A DNA stretch of 32,000 nt from assembly GCF_020885515.1 (NCBI RefSeq), contig NZ_AP024987.1:120001-152000 (forward strand). Reading direction: 5' to 3'. A model generated the notes under the pieces. It made no database searches. It saw nothing but the letters and a program-made list of their open reading frames with translations, and was not told the DNA's origin. Shown one piece after another: positions 10,102 to 19,673 of this stretch (position 1 is the first letter of the stretch; every line of letters begins with the position of its first letter). The position numbers and the translations under genes were made by a program. The DNA is from a cyanobacterium endosymbiont of Braarudosphaera bigelowii (lineage in GTDB: Bacteria > Cyanobacteriota > Cyanobacteriia > Cyanobacteriales > Microcystaceae).

Positions 10102-10452
10102 ATGCAAAACAAACAAAAAGTCACAATATATATACCCTCTGAGATTCATAAACGTCTTAAAATTAGAGCCGCTACTGACGAAGAGTCTATGTCTTTCATA
10201 GTTGAAAAAGCAGTTAATTTCTATCTTAAGCATTCCACTAAAGTTAAGAAGTTAGAAAATCTAAATTGTGGGAAAATTCATCAAGTGCATTTTTGTCCAG
10301 AATGTAAAGCTGCTGTCGTAGTAAATGATAGACAAATTTTTTCTTTAAAAAATCAATCTGACATTGTTCAAGACAATTTTTCACTTAACGCTAGAGAGAA
10401 GAAACCTCTTAATACAAGTATCTCAGACAAAGAAACATTTGTTTTTTATTAA
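10102..10452 (+). CDS. Conserved cyanobacterial-type protein with putative ribbon-helix-helix-like N-terminus and CPEC motif
   Basis: MQNKQKVTIYIPSEIHKRLKIRAATDEESMSFIVEKAVNFYLKH...VHFCPECKAAVVVND. Track start 10033 is possible, but ATG 10102 better fits the RHH fold start. Confidence 0.7.
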   Translation: MQNKQKVTIYIPSEIHKRLKIRAATDEESMSFIVEKAVNFYLKHSTKVKKLENLNCGKIHQVHFCPECKAAVVVNDRQIFSLKNQSDIVQDNFSLNAREKKPLNTSISDKETFVFY

Positions 10453-10489
10453 TTGATATTATTAATCACTATTATCTTTAATTGATTCT

Positions 10490-12001
10490 ATGAAAGAAGA
10501 GCTTAAGTTACTAATAGAAGCTCAATATCCTTTGATATATCTAGTAACATCAGAGGAGCAAAGAGCCGAGCAAACTATTGATAAAATTATTAAAGATCTC
10601 AAAGAACCTCGATGTATTTTTTCATGGACTATTACCAATGGGATGAAAGAATATAATCAACCCAGCAACAAAGCACAACATAATACTATTAATGCTGAAT
10701 CTGCTATTGATTGGGTAAACAGGAAAAATGAACCAGGAATTTTTATTTTTAAGGATTTACATCCTTTCATTTCTGATGCAAGTGTCGTTCGTTCTTTGCG
10801 AGATGCTATAATAAGCTTTAAGGGATGTAAAAAATCTATTATTATAATCTCTCCTGTACAACAAATTCCAATAGAGTTAGAAAAAGATATAGTTGTTCTA
10901 GATTTCAATTTTCCAAATTTAAAAGATCTTGATCAAGTTTTATCAAAACAATTAAATCAAATTAGAACTAGTAGTGAAATTAGTACTAGTTCTCGTGAAA
11001 AGTTACTTTATGCAGCATTAGGTTTAACAAAAGATGAAGCTGAAAAAGTTTATAGAAAAGCCTATGTTCAAGCAGGGAAACTGACAGAAGCAGAAGTTGA
11101 TATCATCTTATCCGAAAAGAAACAGCAGATTCGTCGCAATGGAATTTTAGAATATATTGAACAAGATGAGACTATTAAAGCTGTTGGTGGCTTAGAAGAA
11201 CTTAAAAAGTGGTTGAAACAACGCTCAGATGCTTTTACCGAGAGAGCTAGAGAATATGGTTTACCTCAACCAAAAGGGATGTTAATACTAGGAGTCCCAG
11301 GATGTGGAAAATCCCTAATTGCTAAAACTACTTCTCGGTTGTGGGGATTGCCTTTATTGCGATTGGATTTAGGACGTATTTATGATTCTGCTGTAGGTCG
11401 CTCTGAAGCTAACTTAAGAAATGCATTAAAAACTGCAGAGTCTATTTCTCCAGCCATACTTTTTATTGATGAACTTGATAAGGCTTTTGCAGGGGCTGGC
11501 GGCTCAGGTGAATCTGATGGTGGAACTTCTAGTCGTATTTTTGGTTCTTTTTTAACATGGATGCAAGAAAAAACTTCTCCTGTATTTGTTATGGCTACAG
11601 CTAACCGTGTAGAACGTTTGCCAGGAGAATTTTTACGAAAAGGGAGATTTGACGAACTTTTTTTCGTAGATTTACCAACTTTTGAGGAACGTGAAGCTAT
11701 CTTCAATATACATTTGAACAAACGTCGTTCAAATATTTCTCATTTCGATATTAAGCAGCTGGTCACGATTTCTGATGGATTCTCTGGTGCAGAAGTTGAG
11801 CAAGCCATTATTGCAGCTATGTACGAGGCTTTTGCCGAAGGTAGAGACTTTTCTCAGCTTGATATTATTGCTGCAATTAAGTCTACTCTGCCATTATCTC
11901 GTACTATGACGGAACAAGTCGCAGCTCTTCGCGACTGGGCGCGGCAAAGAGCGCGACCTGCGTCAACTTCAATCGCTGAATATCAGCGACTGGAATTCTA
12001 A
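10490..12001 (+). CDS. ycf46: AAA+ ATPase Ycf46
   Basis: Walker A GVPGCGKSLIAK, Walker B ILFIDELDKAF, MATANRVERLPGEFLRKGRFDELFFVDLPTFEER; N-terminal domain LIYLVTSEEQRAEQTI typical of Ycf46. Confidence 0.95.
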   Translation: MKEELKLLIEAQYPLIYLVTSEEQRAEQTIDKIIKDLKEPRCIFSWTITNGMKEYNQPSNKAQHNTINAESAIDWVNRKNEPGIFIFKDLHPFISDASVVRSLRDAIISFKGCKKSIIIISPVQQIPIELEKDIVVLDFNFPNLKDLDQVLSKQLNQIRTSSEISTSSREKLLYAALGLTKDEAEKVYRKAYVQAGKLTEAEVDIILSEKKQQIRRNGILEYIEQDETIKAVGGLEELKKWLKQRSDAFTERAREYGLPQPKGMLILGVPGCGKSLIAKTTSRLWGLPLLRLDLGRIYDSAVGRSEANLRNALKTAESISPAILFIDELDKAFAGAGGSGESDGGTSSRIFGSFLTWMQEKTSPVFVMATANRVERLPGEFLRKGRFDELFFVDLPTFEEREAIFNIHLNKRRSNISHFDIKQLVTISDGFSGAEVEQAIIAAMYEAFAEGRDFSQLDIIAAIKSTLPLSRTMTEQVAALRDWARQRARPASTSIAEYQRLEF

Positions 12002-12136
12002 AAGCTTTCGTCTGTTTCTTTTAACAGTCGTTAAGGCTAGCCAAAAGCTAGCAGTACACCGGTAAATTGTTTGTTTAAAACAATTTGTTTAAATCTCAAG
12101 TTATTATTAACTTTTGTTCCAATGGAGGAAATTAAA

Positions 12137-12490
12137 ATGTCACACTTTAGTACCTTACGCACTAAAATCACAGATGCCGAAATCTTGAAAACCTCATTAC
12201 GAGATTTAGGAATTGTTGTAAAAATTGATTCTAATGTTAGAGGCCATAATGGCCAAAATATTCATTCTGATATTGTTGCCGTCTTGGAAGGTGAATACGA
12301 TCTTGGCTGGTCTCTTAATAGTGATGGTAGTTATGACCTAGTTGCTGATCTCTGGGGTGTTGCTAAAAAGCATAACCAAACCGAACTTATTAATTCTATC
12401 AACCAAAAATATGCTATTAATAAGACACTAATGGAAGTTAAGCAACGCAATTTAGGCAAAGCAAATATTAATTTAGTTCTTCACAACTAA
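12137..12490 (+). CDS. ycf35: Ycf35 / DUF1257 family protein
   Basis: MSHFSTLRTKITDAEILKTSLRDLGIVVK...VRGHNGQNIHSDIVAVLEGEYDLGWSLNSDGSYDLVADLWGVAKKHNQTELINSINQKYAINKTL; ATG 12137 has GGAGG upstream and fits the conserved N-terminus. Confidence 0.93.
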   Translation: MSHFSTLRTKITDAEILKTSLRDLGIVVKIDSNVRGHNGQNIHSDIVAVLEGEYDLGWSLNSDGSYDLVADLWGVAKKHNQTELINSINQKYAINKTLMEVKQRNLGKANINLVLHN

Positions 12491-12550
12491 AATTTGTTCA
12501 ATTGTATAGAAGTTAAGGAACTTAACCAATTTCTAATTTCGTATTTTTGT

Positions 12551-12590
12551 AATGAAGTTATTGCTAAGTTTATCTAGCAATAACTTCATT
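12551..12590. repeat. Inverted repeat 1 of tandem pair, 16-bp perfect arms
   Basis: AATGAAGTTATTGCTA (12551-12566) agtttatc TAGCAATAACTTCATT (12575-12590). Confidence 0.85.
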
Positions 12591-12596
12591 ATGTGG

Positions 12597-12665
12597 TTAT
12601 ATATTAAATAGTAAACATTTCTATTTTTAGTTAAATAATAGAAATGTTTACTATTTAATATATAA
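12597..12665. repeat. Inverted repeat 2 of tandem pair, 29-bp perfect arms
   Basis: TTATATATTAAATAGTAAACATTTCTATT (12597-12625) tttagttaaat AATAGAAATGTTTACTATTTAATATATAA (12637-12665). Confidence 0.87.
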
Positions 12666-12871
12666 AAAATTTGATAAGTTACAATATTTAAAATAAATAT
12701 TGTAGAAATAAGAACTATTTCTAATTAAATAACTTAAATATACTTATACTATAAAAATAATTAATATATAAAAAGCTTATTAGCTTAGCTCTATCTTTAA
12801 AATTATTTTTTTAATAAATCTACTATATTTTTTTAATATATTGGTGCCCATTACGTTATTGTCAAATAATT

Positions 12872-13339
12872 ATGGAAAATCAAAATAAAGCTATTAAAGT
12901 TATTAGCAATAATCGTAAAGCTTTTTTCCTCTACGAGATTCTAGAAAAATACGAAGCTGGAATTGAATTAGTAGGAACAGAGGTAAAATCTATCCGTGCA
13001 GGAAAAGTCAACATAACTGATGGTTATGCGTTTATTAAAAATACCGAAGTTTGGCTAAGCAATGTTCATATATCTCCTTATGTGGCTAGTAGTTTATATT
13101 TTAATCATGATCCCAGACGTATCCGTAAATTATTGATGCGGCGTAAAGAAATCAATCAACTTATTGGAAAAATTGAGCAAAAAGGTTTAACTTTAGTACC
13201 TTTAAAGCTTTATTTTAAAGGTAGTTTAGTAAAAATTAGTCTTGGTTTAGGGAGAGGGAAAAAATTACACGATAAGCGAGAAACAATTAAAAATCGTCAG
13301 GACCAAAGAGAAATATCTAGAATTGTCAAACAATACTGA
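12872..13339 (+). CDS. smpB: SsrA-binding protein SmpB
   Basis: NRKAFFLYEILEKYEAGIELVGTEVKSIRAGKVNITDGYAFIKNTEVWLSNVHISPY...HDPRRIRKLLMRRKEI...GLGRGKKLHDKRETIKNR. Confidence 0.98.
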   Translation: MENQNKAIKVISNNRKAFFLYEILEKYEAGIELVGTEVKSIRAGKVNITDGYAFIKNTEVWLSNVHISPYVASSLYFNHDPRRIRKLLMRRKEINQLIGKIEQKGLTLVPLKLYFKGSLVKISLGLGRGKKLHDKRETIKNRQDQREISRIVKQY

Positions 13340-13586
13340 GACATAATACATATTTATTCTTTTTTAAACCTTATTCTTGAGTTAAATTCTAATAGTTTTA
13401 AAAGAAATAATACATTCTCAAATTTTTATACATAGAATTCTTATTATTAGATTTTCTTTATATAAAATATGTACGGTGATCCACATCTATTGAGTGTAAT
13501 AATTTCAGAATGAATATTCTTACAAAATCAGAGAGAATATAGTAACAATAACATCAACATAAAACCATTAGTTTTAAATAGAGCGT

Positions 13587-15560
13587 ATGACAGTACTTGA
13601 AAAAGGTAATATTAGTATTCACACTGAGAATATTTTTCCAATTATTAAAAAATCATTGTATACAGATCATGAAATTTTTTTACGAGAATTAATTTCTAAT
13701 GCTGTAGATGCTTTATCTAAACTTAAGATGGCTTCTTTAGCTGGTGAAGTATCTTTTGATGTTTCTGAACCAGAAATTGTAATTACTATTGATAAAACAG
13801 ATAAATCTCTTTCGATTACTGACAATGGAATCGGAATGAACATAGATGAAATCAAAAAATATATCAATCAAGTAGCTTTTTCTAGTGCAGAAGAGTTTGT
13901 TAAAAAGTATGAAAAGAATGCTAGTGAAATAATTGGGCATTTTGGACTAGGATTTTACTCAGCTTTTATGATATCTAAGAGGGTCGAGATTGATACTTTA
14001 TCTTATAAAGAAGATTCTAAACCAATCCATTGGTCTTGTGATGGTTCTCCTTCATTCGAATTAACTGAATCTAGTCGTACTGAAATAGGAACGACTGTGA
14101 AATTAACTTTAATGGATGAAGAACATGAATATTTAGAACCAGAAAGAATTCGTCAACTGGTGAAAACCTATTCAGATTTTGTTCCTATTCCAATTAAATT
14201 TGAAAATACTATTATTAATAAGCAGAAAGCTTTATGGAAAGAATCTACTCAAGGTCTTAATGATAATGACTATTTAGAGTTTTACCGCTACCTCTATCCT
14301 TATCAAGAAGATCCTTTACTATGGATACACTTAAACACTGATTATCCTTACCTCCTAAACGGAATTTTATATTTTCCAAAATTACGACCTGATGTGGACG
14401 TCTCACAAGGTCACATTAAACTTTTTTGTAATCAAGTATTTGTTAGTGATCACTGCGAAGAAATTATTCCAGATTTTTTAATGCCTCTTAGAGGAGTTAT
14501 TGACAGTCCTGATATTCCATTAAATGTTTCGAGGAGTGCACTAACTAATCATCGTACTGTTCGTAGTATTGCAAATCATATTGCCAAAAAAATTGCAGAT
14601 CGGCTTAAAGAAATTTATGAGAATAGTCCTGAAGAATATATTAAATGTTGGCAAGATGTAGGAACCTTTGTTAAGTATGGTTCCCTTAAGGATGAAAAAT
14701 TTAAAAAACATGTTGAAGATATTCTTGTTTATAAAACAACTTATAAAGTTAATAAATCTGACGTTCCACAAGTTCAGGTTGAAGAAGAAGGGGATGCTTG
14801 GAAAGATGTTACAAATGAAAAAAATGAATTATCTTATGAAAAAACAGGATATACGACATTGTCTGCTTACTTGAGTCGTAATAAAAAGCGTCATGAAAAT
14901 CGGATTTTTTATTGTACAGATCCTGATGTTCAAGCCACTCATATACAGTTATATGAAAATCAAGGCTTAGAAATTTTGTATATGGATTCTTTCATTGATA
15001 CCAATTATTTTATTCCTTTTTTAGAAAAAGAATATTCTGAAGTAAAATTTTCTCGTGTAGACTCTGAATTAGATGATACTTTACTTCAAAATGATAAAGT
15101 TAATGAAATTGTAGATCCTAATTCTCAAAAAACTCGCAATGATAAAATTAAGGAGTTATTTGAGGCATCTTTAGACAATGCTAAAATTAACATAAAAACA
15201 CAATCATTAAAATCAGATCTCTCTCAAGACGCCCCTCCAGGAGTTATTTTACTGCCTGAAGCAGCAAGACGTTTTAAAGAAATGATGGCTGCATCTCAAC
15301 AACAAACAATGGATTTTCCTGATGAACATATTTTTGTTGTTAATACGAATCATCCTTTAGTTGAAAATATTCTTCAGCTAAGTCAAGGAAATATTATTCA
15401 GCTAGAAAATGAATCTCCATCAGGTCAAATGGCTAAAATGTTGTGTCGTCATATTTACGATCTTGCACTAATTACACAAAAAGGGATTGATGGTAAAAAT
15501 ATGAAATCCTTTATGCAAAGATCAAATGAATTACTTACTAATTTAACTAAATCTAAATAA
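13587..15560 (+). CDS. htpG: Molecular chaperone HtpG (Hsp90 family)
   Basis: IFLRELISNAVDALSKL, ITDNGIGMNIDEI, IGHFGLGFYSAFMI, VSRSALTNHRTVRSI: Hsp90 GHKL ATPase motifs. Confidence 0.97.
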   Translation: MTVLEKGNISIHTENIFPIIKKSLYTDHEIFLRELISNAVDALSKLKMASLAGEVSFDVSEPEIVITIDKTDKSLSITDNGIGMNIDEIKKYINQVAFSSAEEFVKKYEKNASEIIGHFGLGFYSAFMISKRVEIDTLSYKEDSKPIHWSCDGSPSFELTESSRTEIGTTVKLTLMDEEHEYLEPERIRQLVKTYSDFVPIPIKFENTIINKQKALWKESTQGLNDNDYLEFYRYLYPYQEDPLLWIHLNTDYPYLLNGILYFPKLRPDVDVSQGHIKLFCNQVFVSDHCEEIIPDFLMPLRGVIDSPDIPLNVSRSALTNHRTVRSIANHIAKKIADRLKEIYENSPEEYIKCWQDVGTFVKYGSLKDEKFKKHVEDILVYKTTYKVNKSDVPQVQVEEEGDAWKDVTNEKNELSYEKTGYTTLSAYLSRNKKRHENRIFYCTDPDVQATHIQLYENQGLEILYMDSFIDTNYFIPFLEKEYSEVKFSRVDSELDDTLLQNDKVNEIVDPNSQKTRNDKIKELFEASLDNAKINIKTQSLKSDLSQDAPPGVILLPEAARRFKEMMAASQQQTMDFPDEHIFVVNTNHPLVENILQLSQGNIIQLENESPSGQMAKMLCRHIYDLALITQKGIDGKNMKSFMQRSNELLTNLTKSK

Positions 15561-15571
15561 CTATTATTATA

Positions 15572-15608
15572 AAAATATGGGAGTTGATTCAATCAATTCC
15601 CATATTTT
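15572..15608. terminator. Bidirectional terminator-like hairpin after htpG
   Basis: AAAATATGGGAGTTGA (15572-15587) ttcaa TCAATTCCCATATTTT (15593-15608), one G-T position; between htpG and the minus-strand tRNA. Confidence 0.75.
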
Positions 15609-15645
15609 CCAGGGCTTAGTATATTCGTAATAAGGCCATAGAATA

Positions 15646-15719
15646 TGGCTCAAGGGTGATTTGAACACCCGACCTTGGGCTTATGAGTCCCCTGCTCTAA
15701 CCAACTGAGCTACTGAGCC
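15646..15719 (-). tRNA. tRNA-Met (CAU anticodon, elongator-like)
   Basis: Minus strand GGCTCAGTAGCTCAGTTGGTTAGAGCAGGGGACTCATAAGCCCAAGGTCGGGTGTTCAAATCACCCTTGAGCCA: D-arm, CTCATAA anticodon loop, T-arm and matching acceptor stem; CCA not encoded. Confidence 0.9.
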
Positions 15720-15843
15720 AATAACGCACAACTATAGTATAACACAATACGAGCGATAGTATATCTAATTTTAAAAAAAATTAAAATTTTTTTAGTTAAG
15801 TATAATATCTAATTTCTGTAATATATAAGAAAAATAATTACTA

Positions 15844-17328
15844 TTATCTGGTTTTAGGTAAAAAGGCCATTGGATTTTGTGCTCCCCTTCCTCTGAGATG
15901 AATTTCATAGTGAAGATGCGGTCCTGTACTAAAACCAGTACTACCCATTTCAGCAATCTTTTGACCTTGTTTCACCTTTTGTCCTCGTCTTACTAAGAGG
16001 CGACTATTATGAGCATACAAACTAATACTACCATCAGGATGACGAATTCTAAGTAAATTTCCATATCCTCCTGAGCTCCATCCAGCACTGATCACTTCTC
16101 CAGAAGCTGAAGCCATAATGGGAGTACCTGTAGGAGCTGCAATATCTATGCCTTTATGCATTCTTCCCCAGCGACGCCCAAAACCTGAAGTAATTACCCC
16201 CTTACTTGGCCATATATGTCCAGGATATTTTGCAGGAGCACTAGGGAGATATTTATCAGGGTTAGACACACTCGGAAGATTAGGCTTAATATTTGTTTCT
16301 AAAGGAATTTGAAAAGTATTATTGTAAACGTCTATATAATTAGGAACTACACCTATTAATTTAGATTTTTGAACGTTAAATTGCGTTACATTTTTGTTTA
16401 GGTTTCTTTGATCTGTAATTTTCTTTGAATCTTGATACAGTTTTTTACGGCCAGAAGTTGTTGATTGTGTTGCTTCAAATTCGCTAGTTATGATAAAACT
16501 TCTTGAAAATTGATTTTCTTTTGTAGGAAAACTATCAATAGTTGAATTTTTAGATTTTTTGCCTCTATTTGTTATATTGTTTATTGAATCTTGTTGTGGA
16601 ATTATTAATGTTTGATTAACCTTTATGAAATCAACATTAGTGATGTGGTTTGCACTTATTAATTCTGATGTTGAAATACCATGAGAACGAGCAATACTAT
16701 TAAGAGTATCTCCTACACGAACTCTATAGCTTTTTTTATCCATTCTAATTGAAGATTGTGAAAGTACTGAATTAAAATCTCCAATTAAAGCGACTTTAGG
16801 AATAATCTCATGAGTATATACGTTTTCAATATTCTCTGAAATTTTTGGTTGTATTATTTTTGTTATGTACCTAAATGGCGTAATAGTATTTTCAATTATT
16901 TGATTATTGTTTGATTTGAAAAAATTATTAGAAACAACTTTATTTATTTTATGAAAATTATTAACTGGTTTGTAGTCAATAATCTTTATTTTAGAGTTAA
17001 TACCTGTAGAGCTTTTAGGAATAATTTTTTGATTTAAATTTTTAATAGATGGAATTTTTATAATTGGTTCTGATTCAGGTTTAGTTCTAATGCTATTAAT
17101 ATCTATTTTGATATTTGAAAAATTTACGGCTAAAGCTATTTCAGTTTTAATAGTAAACATGCCGATGCAAGTAGCCAAGCTAAGCATGGCTAAAGAATGA
17201 CAAAGGTTGTTTTTTTTATTTGAAATTAATTTATTTTTATATGTCTGAGGGAAAAATATATTTTCTGATTTTACGTATTTTAACAAATGAGAATACGCTG
17301 TTATTACTTTATCGGATTTATCTTTCAA
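15844..17328 (-). CDS. LysM-domain M23 family metallopeptidase (NlpD/EnvC-like)
   Basis: LysM YRVRVGDTLNSIARSHGISTSELISANHI...; M23 GVITSGFGRRWGRMHKGIDIAAPTGTPIMASASGEVISAGWSSGGYGNLLRIRHPDGSISLYAHNSRLLVRRGQKV...GFSTGPHLHYEIH. Confidence 0.94.
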   Translation of the reverse strand: MKDKSDKVITAYSHLLKYVKSENIFFPQTYKNKLISNKKNNLCHSLAMLSLATCIGMFTIKTEIALAVNFSNIKIDINSIRTKPESEPIIKIPSIKNLNQKIIPKSSTGINSKIKIIDYKPVNNFHKINKVVSNNFFKSNNNQIIENTITPFRYITKIIQPKISENIENVYTHEIIPKVALIGDFNSVLSQSSIRMDKKSYRVRVGDTLNSIARSHGISTSELISANHITNVDFIKVNQTLIIPQQDSINNITNRGKKSKNSTIDSFPTKENQFSRSFIITSEFEATQSTTSGRKKLYQDSKKITDQRNLNKNVTQFNVQKSKLIGVVPNYIDVYNNTFQIPLETNIKPNLPSVSNPDKYLPSAPAKYPGHIWPSKGVITSGFGRRWGRMHKGIDIAAPTGTPIMASASGEVISAGWSSGGYGNLLRIRHPDGSISLYAHNSRLLVRRGQKVKQGQKIAEMGSTGFSTGPHLHYEIHLRGRGAQNPMAFLPKTR

Positions 17329-18130
17329 GAATAACCTCCTAGCAGTGAACGAGCAATTTAGACTATTGAAAGTTTACTAGAATAGCTTTTTAATAAGTAT
17401 ATCTACTACCAAAAAATAGTTTGAATTTACTAATTTAACAAATATACCCAGCAGATTTACCATAAAAAATCAACTTATTCTATTTTTTAGTAAGTAGTAG
17501 TTAATTATAGTTTATTCAGAAAGTTTTTACCCGTTGATTATAAACTACTTTCTAGTTCTTGATTTATTGTTAATTTTTATTAGAAATTCATAACTTGCTT
17601 AATATGAAGTGACGATGAAATATATAAAATGTTTCGTTAATATTTCATGACTTTCTAGAGCAATAGATAATTAAGAAATAACGAATAGTAATTAATATTA
17701 TATCCAGGTCTTCAATAAAAAAACGACAGAAAGCTAATTTAATTGTTCTAATAAATTATACAAATTCATAGCTATACTAATTAATAAATTAAAACTTGTT
17801 ATGCTAAAATTAGCTATTAAAAAGTGATATTAGTATTCTCATTGCAGACATTAAAAAAAGAAAGAGGAAGTCCACTTGTTTCTTTGTCAAAAATTAATCA
17901 GTTATATTTTTCAAAAATAAATTTTTTGCGACAAGACTTTTCTTATATAGTAAAATAAAAATACCGACTAGTATAAAGTCAATAATCTAAATCAGCTTTT
18001 CTAAAACAATGGTTTTTTAACTATAATCTTGAAAACTTAGCTAGCTCAAGCTTTGTATTAATTATAGTATATATCTATTATGTTGTTCAATAAACAAATA
18101 GTGTATTATTAAATATTTCTAACTTATTAA

Positions 18131-19270
18131 TTAAAAAGTAAACAGTTTTTCTTCCAGAGTTTTCTCCTGGTATGCAATGGCCTCTATTTCTCTACTAACA
18201 ATCGAAGTAATACTATTGCCTAGTTTATATTTATGTAACCATTGTTGAGCAAGATTTCCATCTTGTAAAATTTTTTTTATAGGATTTAGAAAACAGCTGA
18301 ATCCATTCTGCTTAGCAATAGGAAAAACTTCCTGATAAATTTTTTCAATCCATTTTTTTGCCTCAATCTTACTACCATCCTCCCAATTATATAAGTTAGC
18401 ATTTAAGCTACGTTTTGCCACTTCTAATTCATTTTGCTGAGTAATGTAAAGTAATGCTTCTGTAGACAATTGGCTTTTTAAAAGAGGGTTTAGAGATTCA
18501 GTATTTTCCATCAATTGCAAAAGACGTGCTTCTAACAAAGCAACAACAGATAGCAAAGAAACTGGATCAATAATTAAATCACAAATTCTTAGTTCTAAAC
18601 GGTTTAAATGATAAGGACGCTTATCGCCATTTGGACGTACTGAAGTCCAAAAATGACGAACATTTTGCATATTTTGGAGAGCTAATTGTTTTTCTGTCCA
18701 ATCAATAAAATGAGCATGATTCATAAAAAAAGGAACTTTCTGAGGCGTTTGTGGAAACATATGCCAACGAGTTGAATGAAAACCTGTAACTTTTCCATCA
18801 AGAAAAGGAGAAGATGCACTTAAAGCTAAAAAGAGAGGGGCTTCAACTCTAATTAAGCTATGAGCATGCATTAACATTTCTGGATTATCAATTCCTATAT
18901 TGATATGAACACTTGCTGTTACAACATCTGTTCCATAAGTATTTTCAATATAACTATGGTAAGAGTTATTAGGATCAGAACGGTAGAATCGATTAACGTT
19001 ATCTCCTAAAGACAGAGTACTACCTGGTACTACAGTATAGTCACCAATATCTCGCAAATATTTTCTCAAATGTTTTCGAGGATTAATCAGAGCATATAAT
19101 AAATCATCGTAATATAGTAAAGGTACAGTAATATACTCAACATTACGACTATCGGGCTCTTTCACGAATCCGTTAAGCTCCTTAGTAATACGATCAGATA
19201 ATCCTACAATTTTTCCTTGGGATGTGCCTGTATATATTTCGACTTCAATACCCTTAGATAATCGCACCAT
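18131..19270 (-). CDS. gshA: Glutamate-cysteine ligase, cyanobacterial type
   Basis: MVRLSKGIEVEIYTGTSQGKIVGLSDRI...VEYITVPLLYYDDLLYALINPRKHLRKYL...VVTASVHINIGI...LNRLELRICDLI matches the GCS2-like cyanobacterial enzyme. Confidence 0.9.
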   Translation of the reverse strand: MVRLSKGIEVEIYTGTSQGKIVGLSDRITKELNGFVKEPDSRNVEYITVPLLYYDDLLYALINPRKHLRKYLRDIGDYTVVPGSTLSLGDNVNRFYRSDPNNSYHSYIENTYGTDVVTASVHINIGIDNPEMLMHAHSLIRVEAPLFLALSASSPFLDGKVTGFHSTRWHMFPQTPQKVPFFMNHAHFIDWTEKQLALQNMQNVRHFWTSVRPNGDKRPYHLNRLELRICDLIIDPVSLLSVVALLEARLLQLMENTESLNPLLKSQLSTEALLYITQQNELEVAKRSLNANLYNWEDGSKIEAKKWIEKIYQEVFPIAKQNGFSCFLNPIKKILQDGNLAQQWLHKYKLGNSITSIVSREIEAIAYQEKTLEEKLFTF

Positions 19271-19402
19271 AGCTCCTCTAATGTTTTGGACTTTTGTATC
19301 CTCTTACTATTTATCTATTATCAATGATTTTATCAATAACTACTAATTATTTATAATGATTTTCTTCATTAATAATATTTATTAAATAAAATTTGATATA
19401 TT

Positions 19403-19430
19403 TTGACCAAGTTTAAAACTTATTTATAAT
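19403..19430 (+). promoter_or_regulatory. Sigma-70-type promoter
   Basis: TTGACC (19403-19408), 16-nt spacer, TATAAT (19425-19430), not placed upstream of any ORF. Confidence 0.6.
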
Positions 19431-19436
19431 TAATCA

Positions 19437-19511
19437 TTACTTTCATCTAATTAAGTTTATTAACTGCATATGGAGCGTATCACCACCTCAGATTTGGCTA
19501 TAAGCCTTTTT
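19437..19511 (+). ncRNA. Candidate small RNA (~75 nt)
   Basis: Promoter above ends just upstream; body includes ggagcgtatCACCACCTCAgattt; ends at GGCT-ATA-AGCC followed by eight Ts (19496-19514). Confidence 0.5.
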
Positions 19512-19514
19512 TTT
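19496..19514 (+). terminator. Intrinsic terminator with T8 tract
   Basis: GGCT (19496-19499) ATA AGCC (19503-19506) TTTTTTTT (19507-19514). Confidence 0.6.
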
Positions 19515-19673
19515 AATACTTTGTCGATGAGAAAAGATTTGAAAGCTATCACTTACACTACCAAAGAGTAAACCAGAAATATTAATCTTCATTGCAGTAC
19601 CATTAATATAGACGCTTCCTGAAAAAGTTTAATTTAAAATTTAATTTTGGTTAATATAATTATTTTAGAATAT

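Noticed and set aside
10657-11721. Minus-strand ORFs 10657..10908 and 11380..11721 inside ycf46
   Set aside because: Antisense to a clear AAA+ gene; composition is what the complement of coding sequence gives.
13340-13586. Looked for a CIRCE element (TTAGCACTC-N9-GAGTGCTAA) upstream of htpG
   Set aside because: No match; the region only has AT-rich sequence and weak promoter-like patches.
13667-14874. ORFs inside htpG (13667, 13737, 14541 minus; 14668 plus)
   Set aside because: Overlap a full-length Hsp90 gene; low-complexity translations.
16118-16312. + strand ORF opposite M23/LysM gene
   Set aside because: Complement of the M23 catalytic domain.
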